From assembly GCA_036273095.1 (NCBI GenBank), contig DATAXF010000008.1, positions 10,769 to 74,768 of the forward strand: a stretch of DNA of 64,000 nucleotides, in the 5' to 3' direction. Position 1 is the stretch's first letter. Each line of letters begins with the position of its first letter. Under the pieces are notes generated by a model. That model did no database searches. It worked only from the letters and a program-made list of their open reading frames with translations, and was not told the origin of the DNA. Position numbers and translations under genes: made by a program. Below are positions 51,922 through 62,811 of the stretch, one piece after another. The DNA comes from Steroidobacteraceae bacterium. Its GTDB lineage: Bacteria; Pseudomonadota; Gammaproteobacteria; Steroidobacterales; Steroidobacteraceae.

Positions 51922-52992
51922 TCAGTGGAACCAGGGCCGCGCCCACGGCCCGACGTGGTAGGCCGCGAGCACCATCTCCACTCCGATCCATACCAGTGTC
52001 ACGGGAATCAGCGCCTTCCAGCCGAGCCGCATGATCTGATCGTAGCGGTAGCGCGGGAAGGTGGCCCGCAGCCACAGGAACACGAACAGGAAGACGAAGA
52101 TCTTCAGTCCCAGCCAGAAGAAGCTCGGCTGGCCGAGGATCGTCTGCCCGATGCCGGGCCACCCCTGCCAGGGCGAGAGCCAGCCGCCGAAGAAGAATAC
52201 CGCCGTCAGCGCCGCGATGAGGATCATGTTGGCGTACTCGGCAAGGAAGAAGAGCGCGAAGGCAATGCCCGAGTACTCGACGTGGAAGCCCGCGACGATC
52301 TCCGACTCGCCTTCCGCCACGTCGAACGGCGCGCGGTTGGTCTCGGCGACTCCCGAGATGAAATAGACGATGAGGAGCGGGAACAGCCAGAACCAGTTCT
52401 GCGACAGCAGGCCGCCCTCCTGGGCGCGCACGATGTCACCCAGGTTCATGCTGCCGGAGGCCATGAGCACGCCCACCAGCGCGAAGCCCATGGCGATCTC
52501 GTATGCCACCATCTGCGCGGCCGAGCGCAGCGCTCCGAGAAACGCATACTTCGAGTTGGCGGCCCAGCCGGCGATGATGACGCCGTAGACGCCCATCGAG
52601 GTGAGCGCGAGCAGGTAGAGCAGCCCGGCATTCGCCTTGGAGACGACGAGCTCGGGCGAGAGCGGAATCACCGCCCAGGCGGCGAACGCCGGAATGAGGG
52701 CGATCATCGGCGCCACGCGGAAGAGGAACTTGTTGGCGTTCGTCGGGATGACCACTTCCTTGGTCAGCAGCTTGAAAACGTCAGCGAACGGCTGCCCGAG
52801 CCCCGGAAAGAGGCCGAGGAGCCGCACACGGTTCGGCCCGCGGCGCAGTTGCATCCAGCCGATGACCTTGCGCTCCCACAGCGTCAGGAACGCGACGCAG
52901 AGGATGAGCACGACCGTGATGATCAGGATCCAGACCGTCGTCCGGGCGATGCCCGGGAGCGACGCCCAGGCAGTGATGAGTTTTTGAAGCAT
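51922..52992 (-). CDS. nuoH: NADH-quinone oxidoreductase subunit H
   Basis: 356 aa ND1-like ([19 protein letters not shown]...[22 protein letters not shown]). Confidence 0.95.
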   Translation of the reverse strand: MLQKLITAWASLPGIARTTVWILIITVVLILCVAFLTLWERKVIGWMQLRRGPNRVRLLGLFPGLGQPFADVFKLLTKEVVIPTNANKFLFRVAPMIALIPAFAAWAVIPLSPELVVSKANAGLLYLLALTSMGVYGVIIAGWAANSKYAFLGALRSAAQMVAYEIAMGFALVGVLMASGSMNLGDIVRAQEGGLLSQNWFWLFPLLIVYFISGVAETNRAPFDVAEGESEIVAGFHVEYSGIAFALFFLAEYANMILIAALTAVFFFGGWLSPWQGWPGIGQTILGQPSFFWLGLKIFVFLFVFLWLRATFPRYRYDQIMRLGWKALIPVTLVWIGVEMVLAAYHVGPWARPWFH

Positions 52993-53005
52993 TATGAGTT
53001 CACTG

Positions 53006-53086
53006 GGTCAAAGACGCCTGCGGCGCTTTGACCGAGCATGTACGTGACCTTGTCGATCCCGCGGGCGGAAGGCGGCTCCCGCCCGC
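53006..53086 (-). other. Two GC-rich stem-loops in the 125-bp nuoG-nuoH spacer
   Basis: ggtcaaag-N12-ctttgacc (53006-53033) and gcgggcgg-N10-ccgcccgc (53061-53086). All other nuo junctions are <=22 nt or overlapping. Confidence 0.45.
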
Positions 53087-53117
53087 TTGATTGCTGGAAT
53101 TCGCTCTCATGGGCTTC

Positions 53118-55322
53118 TCAGTAAGTCACAGCCGACGTGCGACCTTCCCAGGTTCGTTGCAGGGACGGAGCCCGGCGCACCAGCGCATCGATCTGGTACA
53201 TCGGGATGTCGACGACGCCCTGCGGGGACTGAGCGTCGCCCTGCTGCCCGACCGTGTGGCCGCCCGAGTAAGCCGGGGCCGAATACGCGGTGGCTGCACC
53301 GACGCGCATCGCCAACTCCTCGCGGACGTCCTCCGAAGACTGATAGTCGAAACCGAGCAGGCCGAGGAGATTCCCGAGCACGCGCAGGATCTTCCAGCCG
53401 GGACGGGATTCCCCGACGGGAGCGGCCGCCCCGGTCTGACTCTGCCAGACCCCTTCGAGGTTGACGTAGGTCCCGGAAGTCTCCGCGAAGGTCCCCGCCG
53501 GAAGCAGGACATGGGCGACCTTGCGCAGGGTCTCGCTCGCGAATGGCGTGATGGCCACGACCAGCTCGGCCTGTCCCAGCGTGCGCGCGGCATCGCTGCC
53601 GGGCGAATCGAGCCACGGCTCGACGCCGCCGACGAGGAGATAGGACTTGAGCGGCCGCGCCAACATGTCGGCCGCCGTGAGGCCCGGGGCGCTCACGGCC
53701 TTCCCGCCAGCCTCACGATGCGGCACCGCGCCGGCGAGATGCGCCCCAGCCGCATTCGCACCTTCCGCGAGCACGCCGAGGGAGGCACCCGTGACCTGCG
53801 CCAGGGCGGCGGCGAGCGCCCTCAGGTCGGCGAAGCGCGGATGCCGAAGCGCCAGGGCGCCCAGCCACACAGCACGCTTCTCACCCGACACGAGCGCCGC
53901 GGCGGCGGCGCGATGTCGATCACCGACTTCGGCGCCGCTGACCACCTGCGACAGGTGTGGCGGAACCGACGCGCCCGCGCCTTCCGCGGCGGCGCGCAGG
54001 ATGGCGGCGAGATCCGACACCTGAGCCGCGGGCGCCGACTCCACATAGGCCGCCACCGGAAAGTGGTAGTTGAAAACGGCGGGATTCAGCAGCGCCACCT
54101 TGGCGCCGCCGCGCGCCGCCTTGCGCACGCGGTGCGCCAGGATCGGCGCCTCGCGGCGCAGGTTCGCACCGACGATCAGCAGTCCATGCAGGGAATCGAT
54201 GTCCGCGATGCGCAGTCCGAGGTTGGGATAGAGAGGGTCCGCGGCCTGGTCACGGAAATCGTGTTGCCGCAGCCGCGAGTCGATGTTGCTACTGCCGAGG
54301 TCGCGGGCGATGCGTCCGGCGAGATAGAGCTCCTCGAGCGTTCCCGAGGGGCTCGCGAGCACGCCGAGCTCGGCGCCGCTGCCTCGCAATCCTTCGGCCG
54401 CCTTGGCCAACGCCGTCTCCCAGTCGGTCTCGACCCATTGACCGCCGCCGGCGCCATCATCGGCGCCGCCTTTGCGGATCATCGGGCGCTCCAGCCGCTC
54501 TTCGCTGTAGACGCCCTCGTAGCTGAAGCGGTCGCGGTCGGCGATCCAGACCTCGTTGATCGCCTCGTTCTCGCGCGGCACCACGCGCATGAGCCGGCCG
54601 CGCAGCACGTGCCCGAAGAGGTTGCTGCCCGTACCGTCGTGCGGCGAGACGAGCGGCACCGACATCATCTCCCAGGCGCGGGCGGTGAAGCGGTAGGGCT
54701 TGGAGACGAGCGCGCCGACCGGGCAGAGATCGATCACGTTGCCCGAGAGCTCGTGGTGCACGGTGCTCTCGATGTAGGTGCGCACCTTCATGTGCTCGCC
54801 ACGGCCGATCATGCCGAGCTCCTGCATGCCCGCGATCTCCTCCGTGAAGCGGATGCAGCGCGTGCAATGGATGCAGCGCGTCATGTCGGTGGCGATGAGA
54901 GGGCCCAGGTTCTCGTCCTGCACCGAGCGCTTGCGCTCGCTGAAGCGGGAAATGTCGCGGCCGAAACCGACCGCCAGGTCCTGCAGCTCGCACTCGCCCC
55001 CCTGGTCGCAGATCGGGCAGTCGAGCGGGTGGTTGATCAGCAGGAACTCCATGGTCGCGCGTTGCGCGGCGATGGCCCGCGGCGAGTCGGTGAAGATCTT
55101 CATGCCCTCGGCGACCGGTGTGGCGCACGCCGGCATGGGCTTCGGCGCCTTCGCCACCTCCACCAGGCACATGCGGCAGTTGGCCGCGACGGCAAGCTTC
55201 TCGTGCCAGCAGAAGCGCGGCACGTAGGCGCCGTGCGCGTCGGTGGCGCGGATGATCATCTCGCCCTTGCGCGCTTTGAACGGCTTGCCGTTGATCTCGA
55301 CGTTGACGAATTCTTCAGCCAT
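53118..55322 (-). CDS. nuoG: NADH-quinone oxidoreductase subunit G
   Basis: 734 aa. N-terminal Fe-S cysteine clusters (RFCWHEKLAVAANCRMCLVEV; CIHCTRCIRF; CPVGALVSKPY). Confidence 0.95.
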   Translation of the reverse strand: MAEEFVNVEINGKPFKARKGEMIIRATDAHGAYVPRFCWHEKLAVAANCRMCLVEVAKAPKPMPACATPVAEGMKIFTDSPRAIAAQRATMEFLLINHPLDCPICDQGGECELQDLAVGFGRDISRFSERKRSVQDENLGPLIATDMTRCIHCTRCIRFTEEIAGMQELGMIGRGEHMKVRTYIESTVHHELSGNVIDLCPVGALVSKPYRFTARAWEMMSVPLVSPHDGTGSNLFGHVLRGRLMRVVPRENEAINEVWIADRDRFSYEGVYSEERLERPMIRKGGADDGAGGGQWVETDWETALAKAAEGLRGSGAELGVLASPSGTLEELYLAGRIARDLGSSNIDSRLRQHDFRDQAADPLYPNLGLRIADIDSLHGLLIVGANLRREAPILAHRVRKAARGGAKVALLNPAVFNYHFPVAAYVESAPAAQVSDLAAILRAAAEGAGASVPPHLSQVVSGAEVGDRHRAAAAALVSGEKRAVWLGALALRHPRFADLRALAAALAQVTGASLGVLAEGANAAGAHLAGAVPHREAGGKAVSAPGLTAADMLARPLKSYLLVGGVEPWLDSPGSDAARTLGQAELVVAITPFASETLRKVAHVLLPAGTFAETSGTYVNLEGVWQSQTGAAAPVGESRPGWKILRVLGNLLGLLGFDYQSSEDVREELAMRVGAATAYSAPAYSGGHTVGQQGDAQSPQGVVDIPMYQIDALVRRAPSLQRTWEGRTSAVTY

Positions 55323-55323
55323 G

Positions 55324-56640
55324 TTATGCCGCCCGCGCTCCCGGTTGCTCCTCGACGATGCTGCGGCCGCCGTGATCGATCATGTACTCGAACTCGTGCC
55401 GGTAGTGCTTGAGGAAGCTCTGCACCGGCCACGCCGCCGCATCGCCGAGCGCGCAGATGGTGTGGCCCTCGATGTGGTTGGCGACGTCGAGCAGGAGCGA
55501 CAGCTCCTCGCGCCGCGCCTGGCCCGCGAGCACACGCTTGAGCAGCCGGTTCATCCAGCCCGTGCCCTCGCGGCAGGGGGTGCACTGGCCGCACGATTCC
55601 GACATGTAGAAGCGCGAGATGCGCTCCAGCACGCGCACCATGCAGGTGGTCTCGTCCATGACGATGACGGCCGCCGAGCCGATCGCCGAGCCCGCCGCGC
55701 GCAGCGAGTCATAGTCCATGTTGGTCTTGAGCATCACCTCGCCCGGCACCACGGGCACGGATGAGCCGCCCGGGATCACCGCCTTCAGGTTCCGCCCGTC
55801 GCGAACCCCGCCCGCGAGCTCGAGCAGGTCCTTGAACGCGACGCCGAGCGGCACCTCGAAGTTGCCGGCCTTCTGCACATGGCCCGACACGGAGAAAACC
55901 ACGGTGCCGCCCGAATTCGCGGGCCCGAGCGCGGCGAACCACTGCGGCCCTTTCCTCAGGATGGTGGGAACCGAGGCGAAGCTCTGCGTGTTGTTGATCG
56001 TCGTCGGCTGGCCGTAGAGGCCGAAGTTGGCCGGGAACGGCGGCTTGAAGCGCGGCTTGCCCGGCTTGCCCTCGAGCGAGTCGAGGAGCGCGGTCTCCTC
56101 GCCGCAGATGTAGGCGCCGGCGCCGACGAAGGTGTGGATGTCGAAATCGATCCCGGTGCCGCGGATGTTCTTGCCGAGGAGGCCGGCGTCGTAGGCTTCC
56201 TTGAGCGCCGCCTCGAAGCGCGGCACCGGCTCGCCGAGGAACTCGCCGCGGATGTAGTTGTAGGCGACGGTGGAGTTGGTGCCATAGCCGCCGATCGCGA
56301 GGCCCTCGATGAGGGCATGCGGGTTGTAGCGCAGGATGTCGCGGTCGTGGCAGGTGCCGGGCTCGCTTTCGTCGGAGTTGCAGACCAGGTACTTCTGCAC
56401 CGGCGAATTGCGCGGCATGAAGCTCCACTTGGTGCCCGTGGGGAAGCCGGCGCCGCCACGGCCGCGCAGGCCCGATGCCTTCACGGCATCGATGATCTGC
56501 TCGCGCGGCGGCTTTTCGCCGAGGATCTTCTCCCACGCCTCGTAGCCGCCGATGCGGCGGTAGGTTGCGAGCTCCCAGGAGCGCTCGAGCTGCAACGGCT
56601 CGAACACCACGAGATTCATCTTGTCGGGGCTGATCGGCAT
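55324..56640 (-). CDS. nuoF: NADH-quinone oxidoreductase subunit F
   Basis: FMN/NADH motif [19 protein letters not shown] and 4Fe-4S motif [12 protein letters not shown]. Confidence 0.95.
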   Translation of the reverse strand: MPISPDKMNLVVFEPLQLERSWELATYRRIGGYEAWEKILGEKPPREQIIDAVKASGLRGRGGAGFPTGTKWSFMPRNSPVQKYLVCNSDESEPGTCHDRDILRYNPHALIEGLAIGGYGTNSTVAYNYIRGEFLGEPVPRFEAALKEAYDAGLLGKNIRGTGIDFDIHTFVGAGAYICGEETALLDSLEGKPGKPRFKPPFPANFGLYGQPTTINNTQSFASVPTILRKGPQWFAALGPANSGGTVVFSVSGHVQKAGNFEVPLGVAFKDLLELAGGVRDGRNLKAVIPGGSSVPVVPGEVMLKTNMDYDSLRAAGSAIGSAAVIVMDETTCMVRVLERISRFYMSESCGQCTPCREGTGWMNRLLKRVLAGQARREELSLLLDVANHIEGHTICALGDAAAWPVQSFLKHYRHEFEYMIDHGGRSIVEEQPGARAA

Positions 56641-56644
56641 GGCG

Positions 56645-57175
56645 CTACTTCAGCTCATCCAGGATCTTGTCGAGCTTCTCCGGCGTGAGATGCTCGTGAA
56701 AGACGTGATCGACCATCATCATCGGCGCACCGGTGCAGGCGGCGAGACACTCCTCCTCGCGCTTGAGGAAGATGCGCCCATCGGCCGTGCTCTCGTTGAG
56801 CTTGATGCCGAGCCTGCGCTCGGCGTGCGCCACCAGTTCCTCGCCGCCGTTCAGCATGCACGAGATGTTGGTGCAGATGCTGACGTGATGCCGGCCGCAG
56901 GGATGAATCTCGAACATCGAGTAGAAGCTCGCCACCTCGTAGACCTGGATCGGCGGCAGTTTCAGATACGCCGCCACCGCGTCCATCAGCTCCGAGGTGA
57001 GATGGCCGTCGTTCTGCTCCTGGGCGGCGCGCAGCGCCGCGATGCACGCGGAGCGTTGCCGCCCGGGCGGAAACTTGGCAACCCAGTGGTCGATCTCGTG
57101 CCGGGTGTGCTCGGAGAGGGGTGTCGTGGCGGCGGCGCGCGAGCCGGCGTCCTGAGTCTGGGTCTGGTTGCTCAA
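56645..57175 (-). CDS. nuoE: NADH-quinone oxidoreductase subunit E
   Basis: 2Fe-2S Cys ligand contexts ICTNISC and CLAACTGAP. The only possible start is TTG 57175, overlapping the nuoD stop (TTGA). Confidence 0.9.
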   Translation of the reverse strand: MSNQTQTQDAGSRAAATTPLSEHTRHEIDHWVAKFPPGRQRSACIAALRAAQEQNDGHLTSELMDAVAAYLKLPPIQVYEVASFYSMFEIHPCGRHHVSICTNISCMLNGGEELVAHAERRLGIKLNESTADGRIFLKREEECLAACTGAPMMMVDHVFHEHLTPEKLDKILDELK

Positions 57176-58449
57176 CGGTCGATTTCCCCGAAGACGATGT
57201 CCTGTGTGCCGATCACCGCAACCACGTCCGCCAGCATGTGGCCGCAGATCATCTCCTCGAGCGCGGCGAGATGCGGGAAACCCGGCGCGCGGCACTTCAG
57301 CCGGTACGGCTTGTTGGCGCCGTCGGACACCAGATAGATGCCGAATTCGCCCTTGGGCGCCTCCACCGCGGCGTAGGTCTCTCCCTCGGGCACGTCGTAG
57401 CCCTCGGTGAAGAATTTGAAGTGGTGGATGAGGGACTCCATGTCTTCCTTCATATGCTCGCGGCTCGGCGGCCGAACCTTGCGGTCATCGATCATCACCG
57501 GACCGGGATTCTTGCGCAGCCAGTCGATGCACTGGCGGATGATGCGGGTCGACTGGCGCAGCTCCTCGATGCGCACCAGATAACGGTCGTAGCAGTCGCC
57601 GTTGACACCCACGGGGATGTCGAAGTCCATGCGGTCGTAGACCTCGTATGGCTGCTTCTTGCGCAGATCCCACACGATGCCGGAGCCGCGCAGCATGGGA
57701 CCGGAGAACCCGAGCTGCATCGCCCGCTCCGGCGTCACGACCCCGATGTTGACGGTGCGCTGCTTCCAGATGCGATTGTCGGTGAGCAGCGTCTCGTAAT
57801 CGCTGATGGCTGCCGGGAAGCGCCGGGTGAATGCCTCGATGAAATCGAGCATGCTGCCGGAGCGCGCCTCGTTGAGGCGGTCGACGTCCTTCTGCGAGCG
57901 CCACTTCGACGCCTGGTACTTCGGCATCACATCCGGCAGGTCGCGATAGACGCCCCCCGGCCTGTAATACGTGGCGTGCATCCGCGTGCCGGAGACCGCC
58001 TCATAGACGTCCATCAACTCCTCGCGCTCCTTGAAGCAGAGGAGGAATACCGTCATCGCGCCGATGTCGAGCGCGTGCGAGCCGAGCCACATCAGGTGAT
58101 TCAGGACGCGCGTGATCTCATCGAACATCACGCGTATGTACTGCGCACGCTCCGGAGGCGTGATGCCGAGCAGCCGCTCGATCGCGAGCACGTAAGCATG
58201 CTCGTTGCACATCATGGAGACGTAGTCCAGCCGGTCCATGTAGCCGATCGACTGGTTGAAGGGCTTCGACTCCGCGAGCTTCTCGGTCGCCCGGTGCAGC
58301 AGACCGATGTGCGGATCGGCTTTCTGGATGACCTCGCCGTCCATCTCCAGCACCAGGCGCAGCACGCCGTGAGCGGCCGGATGCTGCGGCCCGAAGTTCA
58401 TCGTGTAGTTGCGGATCTCGCTCATCGGGGCCATCGGGTTCGCGGCCAT
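57172..58449 (-). CDS. nuoD: NADH-quinone oxidoreductase subunit D
   Basis: ATG 58449 overlaps the nuoC stop (ATGA). [15 protein letters not shown] signature. Not fused to nuoC. Confidence 0.95.
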   Translation of the reverse strand: MAANPMAPMSEIRNYTMNFGPQHPAAHGVLRLVLEMDGEVIQKADPHIGLLHRATEKLAESKPFNQSIGYMDRLDYVSMMCNEHAYVLAIERLLGITPPERAQYIRVMFDEITRVLNHLMWLGSHALDIGAMTVFLLCFKEREELMDVYEAVSGTRMHATYYRPGGVYRDLPDVMPKYQASKWRSQKDVDRLNEARSGSMLDFIEAFTRRFPAAISDYETLLTDNRIWKQRTVNIGVVTPERAMQLGFSGPMLRGSGIVWDLRKKQPYEVYDRMDFDIPVGVNGDCYDRYLVRIEELRQSTRIIRQCIDWLRKNPGPVMIDDRKVRPPSREHMKEDMESLIHHFKFFTEGYDVPEGETYAAVEAPKGEFGIYLVSDGANKPYRLKCRAPGFPHLAALEEMICGHMLADVVAVIGTQDIVFGEIDR

Positions 58450-59189
58450 CAGCGGGGTGCCTCCGGATCTCTGAGCGCCGCCTCGTAGCGGTGATCGTGA
58501 CGGATCACTTTCGGCACGAGCACGCGCGGCACGATGCTCACGGGCTGATAGACGACCCGCTTCCTCTCCGGGTCGTACTGCACCTCGACATTGCCGATGA
58601 GCGGGAAATCCTTGCGGAACGGATGTCCGATGAAGCCGTAATCGGTGAGCAGGCGGCGCAGGTCCGGATGGCCGCGAAAGAGGATGCCGAAAAGGTCGAA
58701 CGCCTCGCGCTCGAACCAGTTGGCGCTCGCCCAGATGTCGTTCACGGAATCGATCGTCGGCTCCTGCGTGTCGGGGCATTTCACCCGCAGCCGCAGGCGC
58801 CTGTTGCGCGTGATCGAGAGCAAGTGGTAGACGACGGCGAAGCGGCCCGCCATCGCCGGATCGGGCGCCGTGGCGCGCGCCACCCTGCCGCGGCTGAAGC
58901 CCGAGCGCGTCGCGCTCTCGGTCTGCCACTCGTCACGTCCGTAATGCAGATAGTCGACACCCGCGAGGTCCATCAGCATCTCGAACTTCAGGCCCGGCGC
59001 ATCCCGCAGGGTACGGCAGGCCGCGAGGAGCGCCTCCGGCTTCACCTCATACGACAGTTCGCCGGGCAGCGAGGGCAGGCGGTGCACCGCGTCCTGCAGC
59101 TGCGCTTCGATGCGGCGAGAGAGCTCGGACGCAACCGGGTCGGCGCCGTCCGCTGCTTTCTCGCCAGGCGGGGGGGTCGGTTCTGCCAT
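58449..59189 (-). CDS. nuoC: NADH-quinone oxidoreductase subunit C
   Basis: ATG 59189. 30-kDa subunit ([31 protein letters not shown]). Confidence 0.95.
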   Translation of the reverse strand: MAEPTPPPGEKAADGADPVASELSRRIEAQLQDAVHRLPSLPGELSYEVKPEALLAACRTLRDAPGLKFEMLMDLAGVDYLHYGRDEWQTESATRSGFSRGRVARATAPDPAMAGRFAVVYHLLSITRNRRLRLRVKCPDTQEPTIDSVNDIWASANWFEREAFDLFGILFRGHPDLRRLLTDYGFIGHPFRKDFPLIGNVEVQYDPERKRVVYQPVSIVPRVLVPKVIRHDHRYEAALRDPEAPR

Positions 59190-59193
59190 GTGC

Positions 59194-59685
59194 TTACCTG
59201 GCGATCGTGCTGGTGCGGGCGATCTTCTTCTGCAGCTGGATGATGCCGTACACCAGCGCCTCGGCCGTCGGCGGGCAGCCGGGCACATAGACGTCCACGG
59301 GCACGATCCGGTCGCAGCCGCGCACCACCGAGTATGAATAGTGATAGTAGCCGCCGCCGTTGGCGCACGATCCCATGGAGATCACCCAACGCGGCTCCGC
59401 CATCTGGTCGTACACCTTGCGCAGGGCCGGCGCCATCTTGTTGACCAGAGTCCCCGCGACGATCATCACATCCGACTGGCGCGGGCTCGGACGAAACACC
59501 ACGCCGAAGCGGTCGAGGTCATAGCGCGACGCGCCGGCGTGCATCATCTCGACCGCGCAACAGGCCAGACCGAAGGTCATCGGCCAGAGCGAGCCGGTGC
59601 GCGCCCAGTTGAGGAGATTGTCGACCTGGGTGGTGAGGAAGCCGCGCTGCGCGAAGCCCTCCGCGCCCTCTGGATCTAGTCCCAC
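59194..59685 (-). CDS. nuoB: NADH-quinone oxidoreductase subunit B
   Basis: N2-cluster motifs [33 protein letters not shown] 59685 overlaps the nuoA 3' end by 10 nt, with AGGGG 7 nt upstream. There is no in-frame ATG before the conserved core. Confidence 0.9.
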   Translation of the reverse strand: MGLDPEGAEGFAQRGFLTTQVDNLLNWARTGSLWPMTFGLACCAVEMMHAGASRYDLDRFGVVFRPSPRQSDVMIVAGTLVNKMAPALRKVYDQMAEPRWVISMGSCANGGGYYHYSYSVVRGCDRIVPVDVYVPGCPPTAEALVYGIIQLQKKIARTSTIAR

Positions 59686-60044
59686 TCCAGCGCCCCTTTC
59701 TTCCACTCGTAGATGAATCCGACGACGAGGATGGCGAGAAACACGCCCATCGCGATGAGACCCCCGACGCCGATCTTGCCGAGCGCCACCGCCCACGGGA
59801 ATAGGAAGGCGATCTCGAGGTCGAACACGATGAAGAGGATGGCGACGAGGTAGTAGCGCACGTCGAACTTCATGCGGCTGTCCTCGAAGGCATCGAAGCC
59901 GCACTCGTAGGGGGCGAGCTTGTCGCGGTCGTGCGGATTGCGGGAGAACAACCGTCCGATACCGGTGCCGAGTACGAGCAGCAGAAGCGCGAGGCCCGTC
60001 GCGATGACGAGGAAGATCAGTATCGGCAGATAATTGGTCAGCAT
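59676..60044 (-). CDS. nuoA: NADH-quinone oxidoreductase subunit A
   Basis: ATG 60044. 122 aa, 3-TM, ND3-like ([39 protein letters not shown]). The longer ORF to 60176 runs into the tRNA. Confidence 0.95.
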   Translation of the reverse strand: MLTNYLPILIFLVIATGLALLLLVLGTGIGRLFSRNPHDRDKLAPYECGFDAFEDSRMKFDVRYYLVAILFIVFDLEIAFLFPWAVALGKIGVGGLIAMGVFLAILVVGFIYEWKKGALEWD

Positions 60045-60146
60045 GCGTCTCGCTCGAAACAAAAGCTGCCACAACGGGACGCGCGAATCTTGTCGCTGCG
60101 TGCTCCCGCTGGAAGCCGTCCATTCTAGCAGCGCTCGATACCTTAT

Positions 60147-60231
60147 TGGTGCCGACGGGGAGATTCGAACTCCCACACCTTGCGGCGCTAGCCCCTCAAG
60201 CTAGTGTGTCTACCAATTCCACCACGTCGGC
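60147..60231 (-). tRNA. tRNA-Leu (anticodon GAG)
   Basis: The reverse complement folds as a type II tRNA. Acceptor GCCGACG/CGTCGGC, anticodon stem CTAGC/GCTAG with loop TTGAGGG (GAG), long variable arm, T arm GGGAG-TTCGAAT-CTCCC, and encoded CCA. Confidence 0.9.
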
Positions 60232-60238
60232 AAAGGGA

Positions 60239-60607
60239 TCACTTCTGCGGCTGCGGCGGCGCGCCGTGAGGCGCGCTCGGCGGTGTCGAGCTGGGCCGGG
60301 GCGCCGCGACAGGCGCCGGCGCCGGCGCCGGCGTCTGGCCGGCGATATCCAGAATCGTCTTCGTCTGCTCCTGCGGGCGCGTGCTCAGGTATGTCAGCAC
60401 CAGGCTGTTGATCATGAAGATCGCGGCGAAGATCGCCGTTGCCCGCGACAGCGCCGTGCTGGCGCCGCGCGCGCCGAACACGGTGCCCGAGGCGCCCGCG
60501 CCGAAACCGGCGCCGGCCTCCGCGCCCTTGCCGCGCTGCAGCATCACGAGAACGAGGATGCAGAGCGCTGAGATGATCTGAACGACTACTAGAAATGCGT
60601 GCAACAT
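60239..60607 (-). CDS. secG: Preprotein translocase subunit SecG
   Basis: MLHAFLVVVQIISALCILVLVMLQRGKGAEAG... second TM. Pro/Ala-rich C-terminal tail. Synteny tpiA-secG-tRNA-Leu. Confidence 0.9.
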   Translation of the reverse strand: MLHAFLVVVQIISALCILVLVMLQRGKGAEAGAGFGAGASGTVFGARGASTALSRATAIFAAIFMINSLVLTYLSTRPQEQTKTILDIAGQTPAPAPAPVAAPRPSSTPPSAPHGAPPQPQK

Positions 60608-60613
60608 AAGAAC

Positions 60614-61372
60614 CTATCGCGGTCCCGCGGCAGCCAGGATCGCCAGGAATTCATCCGCTTTGAGCGAAGCGCCGCCGATCAGGCCGCCATCGACGTCCGG
60701 CATGGCAAAGAGCTCCGCTGCATTGCTCGCCTTGACGCTGCCGCCGTAGAGGATACGGGTGCCTCCCGCAATTGTAGCATCCCGGGCGGCAATGCGGGCG
60801 CGGATGAAGGCGTGCACCTCCTGCGCCTGCTCCGGCGCGGCGTTGCGGCCGGTGCCGATCGCCCAGACCGGCTCGTACGCGACCACGGCGCTCTTCAACG
60901 TCTGCGCTCCACAAAGCTCGAGAACGGCATCGAGCTGGCGCGCCACCACCTCGCGGGTGTGGCCGCTCTCGCGGTCGGCGAGCTGCTCGCCAACGCAGAG
61001 GATCGGCACCAGCGCCTTGGCGTGAGCGCCGGCGAACTTGCGGGCGACGAGCTGATCGCTCTCGTGGTAGAGCTGCCGCCGCTCGGAGTGCCCGACGATG
61101 ACGTACTGGCAACCGACGTCCTTGAGCATCGCGGCCGAGACCTCGCCGGTGAAAGCACCGTGCGGGTCGGCACAGACATCCTGCGCGCCGAGGAGGATCG
61201 CCGAGTCGCGCAGCTGGCGACCGACCTCCTGCAGATACACGTACGGCGGGCAGACGACGCACTCCGCTGCCGGATCGGCGGGATAGCGGGAGGTGATCTC
61301 TTCGATGAGACGCGCGTTGTCGCTGCGCGTCCCGTGCATTTTCCAGTTACCGGCGACGATGGGGCGGCGCAT
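60614..61372 (-). CDS. tpiA: Triosephosphate isomerase
   Basis: [32 protein letters not shown] motifs. Confidence 0.95.
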   Translation of the reverse strand: MRRPIVAGNWKMHGTRSDNARLIEEITSRYPADPAAECVVCPPYVYLQEVGRQLRDSAILLGAQDVCADPHGAFTGEVSAAMLKDVGCQYVIVGHSERRQLYHESDQLVARKFAGAHAKALVPILCVGEQLADRESGHTREVVARQLDAVLELCGAQTLKSAVVAYEPVWAIGTGRNAAPEQAQEVHAFIRARIAARDATIAGGTRILYGGSVKASNAAELFAMPDVDGGLIGGASLKADEFLAILAAAGPR

Positions 61373-61451
61373 TGGGGGGCCTCTAGCGGGGGCGCGATGA
61401 TAGCCACCGAGCCCTTGTTGTGCAATTGGCCCGCTCAGTGACTCGTTCGAA

Positions 61452-62786
61452 CTAGTCTGCTGCCGAGCGGACTACGTCGGCCAGCTCGGTGGCTGCGGCT
61501 CGGGTCGCGCTCTCGTCTCGGCCTTCCACCATCACGCGGATGACGGGCTCGGTGCCGGACGGGCGCAGGACCACCCTACCCTCGCCGTTCATGCGCTTCT
61601 CGATGCGTTGCACGGCCTCGCATACCGCGGGAACCTTGGACGGATCGAAGCGGGCCGCGACCTTCACATTGAGGAGCACCTGCGGGAACTTCCGCATGCC
61701 GGAAGCGAGCTCGGCGAGGGAGCGGCCGGTCTGCTTCATGACGGCCAAAACCTGCAGCGCGCTCACGATGCCATCACCGGTCGTCGTCTTGTCCAGGCAG
61801 ACGATGTGGCCGGATGTCTCCCCGCCCAGGATGCCGCCGGTCTCGCGCAGCAGGCTGAGCACGTAGCGGTCACCGACCTGCGCGCGTTGGAATTCGATAC
61901 CGTCCTCGCGCAGCGCCACCTCGAGGCCGAGGTTGCTCATCACCGTGCCGACCACGGGACCGCGCAACGAGCCGTTGCCGTTGCGGGCCTGCGCGATGAT
62001 GTAGAGAAGCTGATCGCCGTCGAGGATGCGGCCTAGGTGGTCGACCATCACCAGCCGATCGCCATCGCCGTCGAGTGCCACGCCCACATGAGCGCGCACG
62101 CCCGGGACGGTCAGCTGCAGCAGCTCGGGAGAAGTCGAGCCGCAACCGTCGTTGATGTTGCGGCCGTTGGGCGAGCAGCCGATGGGAACGATCTCGGCGC
62201 CGAGATCGGCGAGCACGCGGGGGCCAACCTTGTAGGCGGCGCCGTTGGCGCAGTCGACGACGATCTTCATCCCGCCGAGGTCGATGTCCTTGGGCAGGGT
62301 CGAGGCGCAGAACTCCTGGTATTGGATGCGCGAGCGGTCGACGCGGCTGGCACGGCCGAGGCTGCGGGAGGCGCGGGTGATGATGGGTTGCGCCAGCTCC
62401 GCCTCGATGCGCTCTTCGAGCTCGTCGGAAAGCTTGGCGCCGCTGCGGTCGAAGAACTTGATGCCGTTGTCGTCATAACGGTTGTGCGAGGCACTGATGA
62501 CGACCCCGAAGTCGCAGTTGAAATGCGTCGTCATGTAGGCGATGCCGGGCGTCGGCAGCGGCCCGATGAGCATCACATTGACGCCGGATGCGACGAAGCC
62601 TGCTTCCAGGGCGGACTCGAACATGTAGCCGGAAAGGCGGGTGTCCTTGCCAATGAGGACGGTGCCGCCGTCGGGTACGAGCACGCGGCCGGCAGCGCTC
62701 GCCAGATTGAGCGCGAAGTCGACCGTCATCGGGTGCTCGCCCACCAAGCCGCGCACTCCGTCGGTGCCAAAGTACTTTCGGGTCAA
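61452..62786 (-). CDS. glmM: Phosphoglucosamine mutase
   Basis: [10 protein letters not shown]-terminus, phosphoserine loop [16 protein letters not shown], metal loop ALDGDGDRL. Confidence 0.95.
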   Translation of the reverse strand: MTRKYFGTDGVRGLVGEHPMTVDFALNLASAAGRVLVPDGGTVLIGKDTRLSGYMFESALEAGFVASGVNVMLIGPLPTPGIAYMTTHFNCDFGVVISASHNRYDDNGIKFFDRSGAKLSDELEERIEAELAQPIITRASRSLGRASRVDRSRIQYQEFCASTLPKDIDLGGMKIVVDCANGAAYKVGPRVLADLGAEIVPIGCSPNGRNINDGCGSTSPELLQLTVPGVRAHVGVALDGDGDRLVMVDHLGRILDGDQLLYIIAQARNGNGSLRGPVVGTVMSNLGLEVALREDGIEFQRAQVGDRYVLSLLRETGGILGGETSGHIVCLDKTTTGDGIVSALQVLAVMKQTGRSLAELASGMRKFPQVLLNVKVAARFDPSKVPAVCEAVQRIEKRMNGEGRVVLRPSGTEPVIRVMVEGRDESATRAAATELADVVRSAAD

Positions 62787-62811
62787 AGAGGGCTCCTCGT
62801 ATTACATCGCG

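Noticed and set aside
45425-55412. Series of long plus-strand ORFs across the nuo operon (45425-46963, 46938-48479, 48485-50491, 51886-53031, 53091-55412).
   Set aside because: They are antisense to unmistakable nuoN-nuoG genes. The translations are His/Arg/Asp/Glu-rich with no domains. The first one even begins inside the intergenic repeat.
60045-60238. tRNA-Leu as an integration hotspot or genomic-island border, and a possible nuo promoter (-10 TAGAAT, complement of 60122-60127).
   Set aside because: No integrase, direct repeat of the tRNA 3' end, or foreign-looking genes flank the tRNA. The -10 has no convincing -35 (it would fall in the tRNA 3' end), so the promoter call is too weak to list.
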